Notes under the pieces: model-generated
The model's database searches: none
Seen by the model: the letters and a program-made list of their open reading frames with translations, nothing else
Told to the model about the DNA's origin: nothing
NCBI GenBank assembly: GCA_029258835.1
Contig: JAPDJY010000030.1
Coordinates: forward strand, 99,606 to 163,605
DNA: 64,000 bases
Direction: 5' to 3'
From: Thermoproteota archaeon
GTDB lineage: Archaea > Asgardarchaeota > Jordiarchaeia > Jordiarchaeales > Freyrarchaeaceae
Made by a program: the position numbers and the translations under genes
Shown: one piece after another, positions 62,001 to 64,000 of the stretch
How positions within the stretch are numbered: the stretch's first letter is position 1
Layout: every line of letters begins with the position of its first letter

Positions 62001-64000
62001 ACTGTCGGTCACCGGGTAATAAATTTGTTGTCTTTCAATCCCCATGTCTGGGGACTCTTTTTGCAAGAGATTGGAACACGGTAATAGGCGAGGAAAACAG
62101 TTGTATTGCTTTCAATCCCCATGTCTGGGGACTCTTTTTGCAAGCTCATTACTGGTGCAAGCAACACGGTTAGCACCATCTCCACTTTCAATCCCCATGT
62201 CTGGGGACTCTTTTTGCAAGCCGGACAGAAAGCTAATAAAGCTAACAGCGTTGATGGCTTTCAATCCCCATGTCTGGGGACTCTTTTTGCAAGATGCAAG
62301 AACTAAACTGGATGAAATCCTCGATATAGTCTTTCAATCCCCATGTCTGGGGACTCTTTTTGCAAGGATGATGATAGTAGCGATAAGGACTTTAAGTTAC
62401 TTACTTTCAATCCCCATGTCTGGGGACTCTTTTTGCAAGTTTGAGAAGTAAGACTTTACTGAGAAAAGGAGTTAATGAGCTTTCAATCCCCATGTCTGGG
62501 GACTCTTTTTGCAAGTCTGGCTTGCTTGACAGGGAGCGTTTCAAACGCTATGCCTTTCAATCCCCATGTCTGGGGACTCTTTTTGCAAGGTTGATTGCTG
62601 TGGGTTACAACTCTATTGTTTAAATACTTTCAATCCCCATGTCTGGGGACTCTTTTTGCAAGTTATAAAAATGGCTAAGGGATATGCTTACTTACACGGT
62701 CTTTCAATCCCCATGTCTGGGGACTCTTTTTGCAAGTTGGCTGGGTTGGATGGTGTTTGTTTAAGTGTTTGTTTATACTTTCAATCCCCATGTCTGGGGA
62801 CTCTTTTTGCAAGTGGGGAAGAACAGGCGGAAAGCTGGACATTTTAACAAACTTTCAATCCCCATGTCTGGGGACTCTTTTTGCAAGTGAATCCGACCTT
62901 ACCGAGACTCGCACTTTCCACATCCTCTTTCAATCCCCATGTCTGGGGACTCTTTTTGCAAGCAGAAAAATAAGCCTCGGACTACTGAGACGCCTGACTA
63001 CTTTCAATCCCCATGTCTGGGGACTCTTTTTGCAAGCTTTCTGTAGTGCCTCCTCGTAGCTGAAAAGTGCTTCAACTTTCAATCCCCATGTCTGGGGACT
63101 CTTTTTGCAAGAGCTACCGAGAAAGCCGGAGGGAATCCATGATTTAGCCTTTCAATCCCCATGTCTGGGGACTCTTTTTGCAAGTAAAAAATTCATCCTG
63201 GAAAAACTTGTGGATGAAATTAACTTTCAATCCCCATGTCTGGGGACTCTTTTTGCAAGTTGGGCGGAGAATACGACAACACGAACGAGTTTTTTGTCTT
63301 TCAATCCCCATGTCTGGGGACTCTTTTTGCAAGACAGCAAGGCTTAAATCGGAGTGTTCTTTCCTCTTTATACTTTCAATCCCCATGTCTGGGGACTCTT
63401 TTTGCAAGTGAGGGTGAAGGCGATCTTCGTTAAGAGGTCTTTTATCTTTCAATCCCCATGTCTGGGGACTCTTTTTGCAAGTAACCTTCCCGTTTTCCAC
63501 GCTTGAAAGGGGGCTGACGCCTTTCAATCCCCATGTCTGGGGACTCTTTTTGCAAGACTACAAGCGTTTCAGGGGGGACGTCTTCATATACCACGACTTT
63601 CAATCCCCATGTCTGGGGACTCTTTTTGCAAGTGAGTAGTGAAATCAGAAACGATGAGTTCAGGAAGAGCTTTCAATCCCCATGTCTGGGGACTCTTTTT
63701 GCAAGAAAGAAATTGAGGAACTAGAGAAACAGATTCAGGAGATCTTTCAATCCCCATGTCTGGGGACTCTTTTTGCAAGTTTCCAAGCTGACCTCAAAAA
63801 CTTGCCCATTGAGACGCCTTTCAATCCCCATGTCTGGGGACTCTTTTTGCAAGTAAGTAAGAAGCCTTTTTTTCGAAGTTACGGCTTTAACATCTTTCAA
63901 TCCCCATGTCTGGGGACTCTTTTTGCAAGCGACAGCAGCGAGGTTCCAGCTGGCTCAACTGCTAACGTCTTTCAATCCCCATGTCTGGGGACTCTTTTTG
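56057..64000 (-). CRISPR. CRISPR array of roughly 105-108 repeats, truncated by the window end
   Basis: 36-nt repeat CTTGCAAAAAGAGTCCCCAGACATGGGGATTGAAAG (minus strand) with spacers of about 35-43 nt. The ATTGAAAG 3' end and the degenerate terminal repeat at 56057-56092 put the leader beyond 64000. The count is estimated from length. Confidence 0.99.

Noticed and set aside
56086-63778. Dozens of ORFs with repeating peptides (LSIPMSGDSFCK, FNPHVWGLFLQ)
   Set aside because: These are translations of CRISPR repeats, not genes.

Overview
Archaeal chromosome window. The longin-like and CxxC/HGDH proteins suggest an Asgard-type host, but this is inference. Positions 1-29.7 kb are mostly core genes: a tRNA-Ala(UGC) with three non-canonical introns, hsp20-thermosome, hydrolases, radical SAM enzymes, a CDC48N-vWA protein, a giant GCS2-type ligase, an HTH-NurA-like/HerA pair and a surface 5'-nucleotidase. 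At 29.7-32.9 kb an IS607 element has its tnpB split by a nested IS605/IS1341-type tnpB element. Positions 33-47.3 kb are an accessory/defence region with toxin-antitoxin loci, a strongly skewed C/A tract, an orphan CRISPR repeat fused to a tRNA 3' fragment, repeated inverted sites, two PD-(D/E)XK nucleases and an omegaRNA-only mini-element. Positions 47.4-55.7 kb hold an AT-rich type III-C CRISPR-Cas effector operon (cmr1-cmr6-cas10-[PIN]-cmr4-cmr5-cmr3), followed by a CRISPR array of more than 100 repeats that runs off the window. The best candidate for an undescribed system is the intact VapC-like PIN nuclease embedded in the III-C operon. Its cyclase-dead Cas10 carries a ~40-aa C-terminal tail resembling a VapB antitoxin toxin-binding segment. 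All family calls come from motif recognition; no searches were run.
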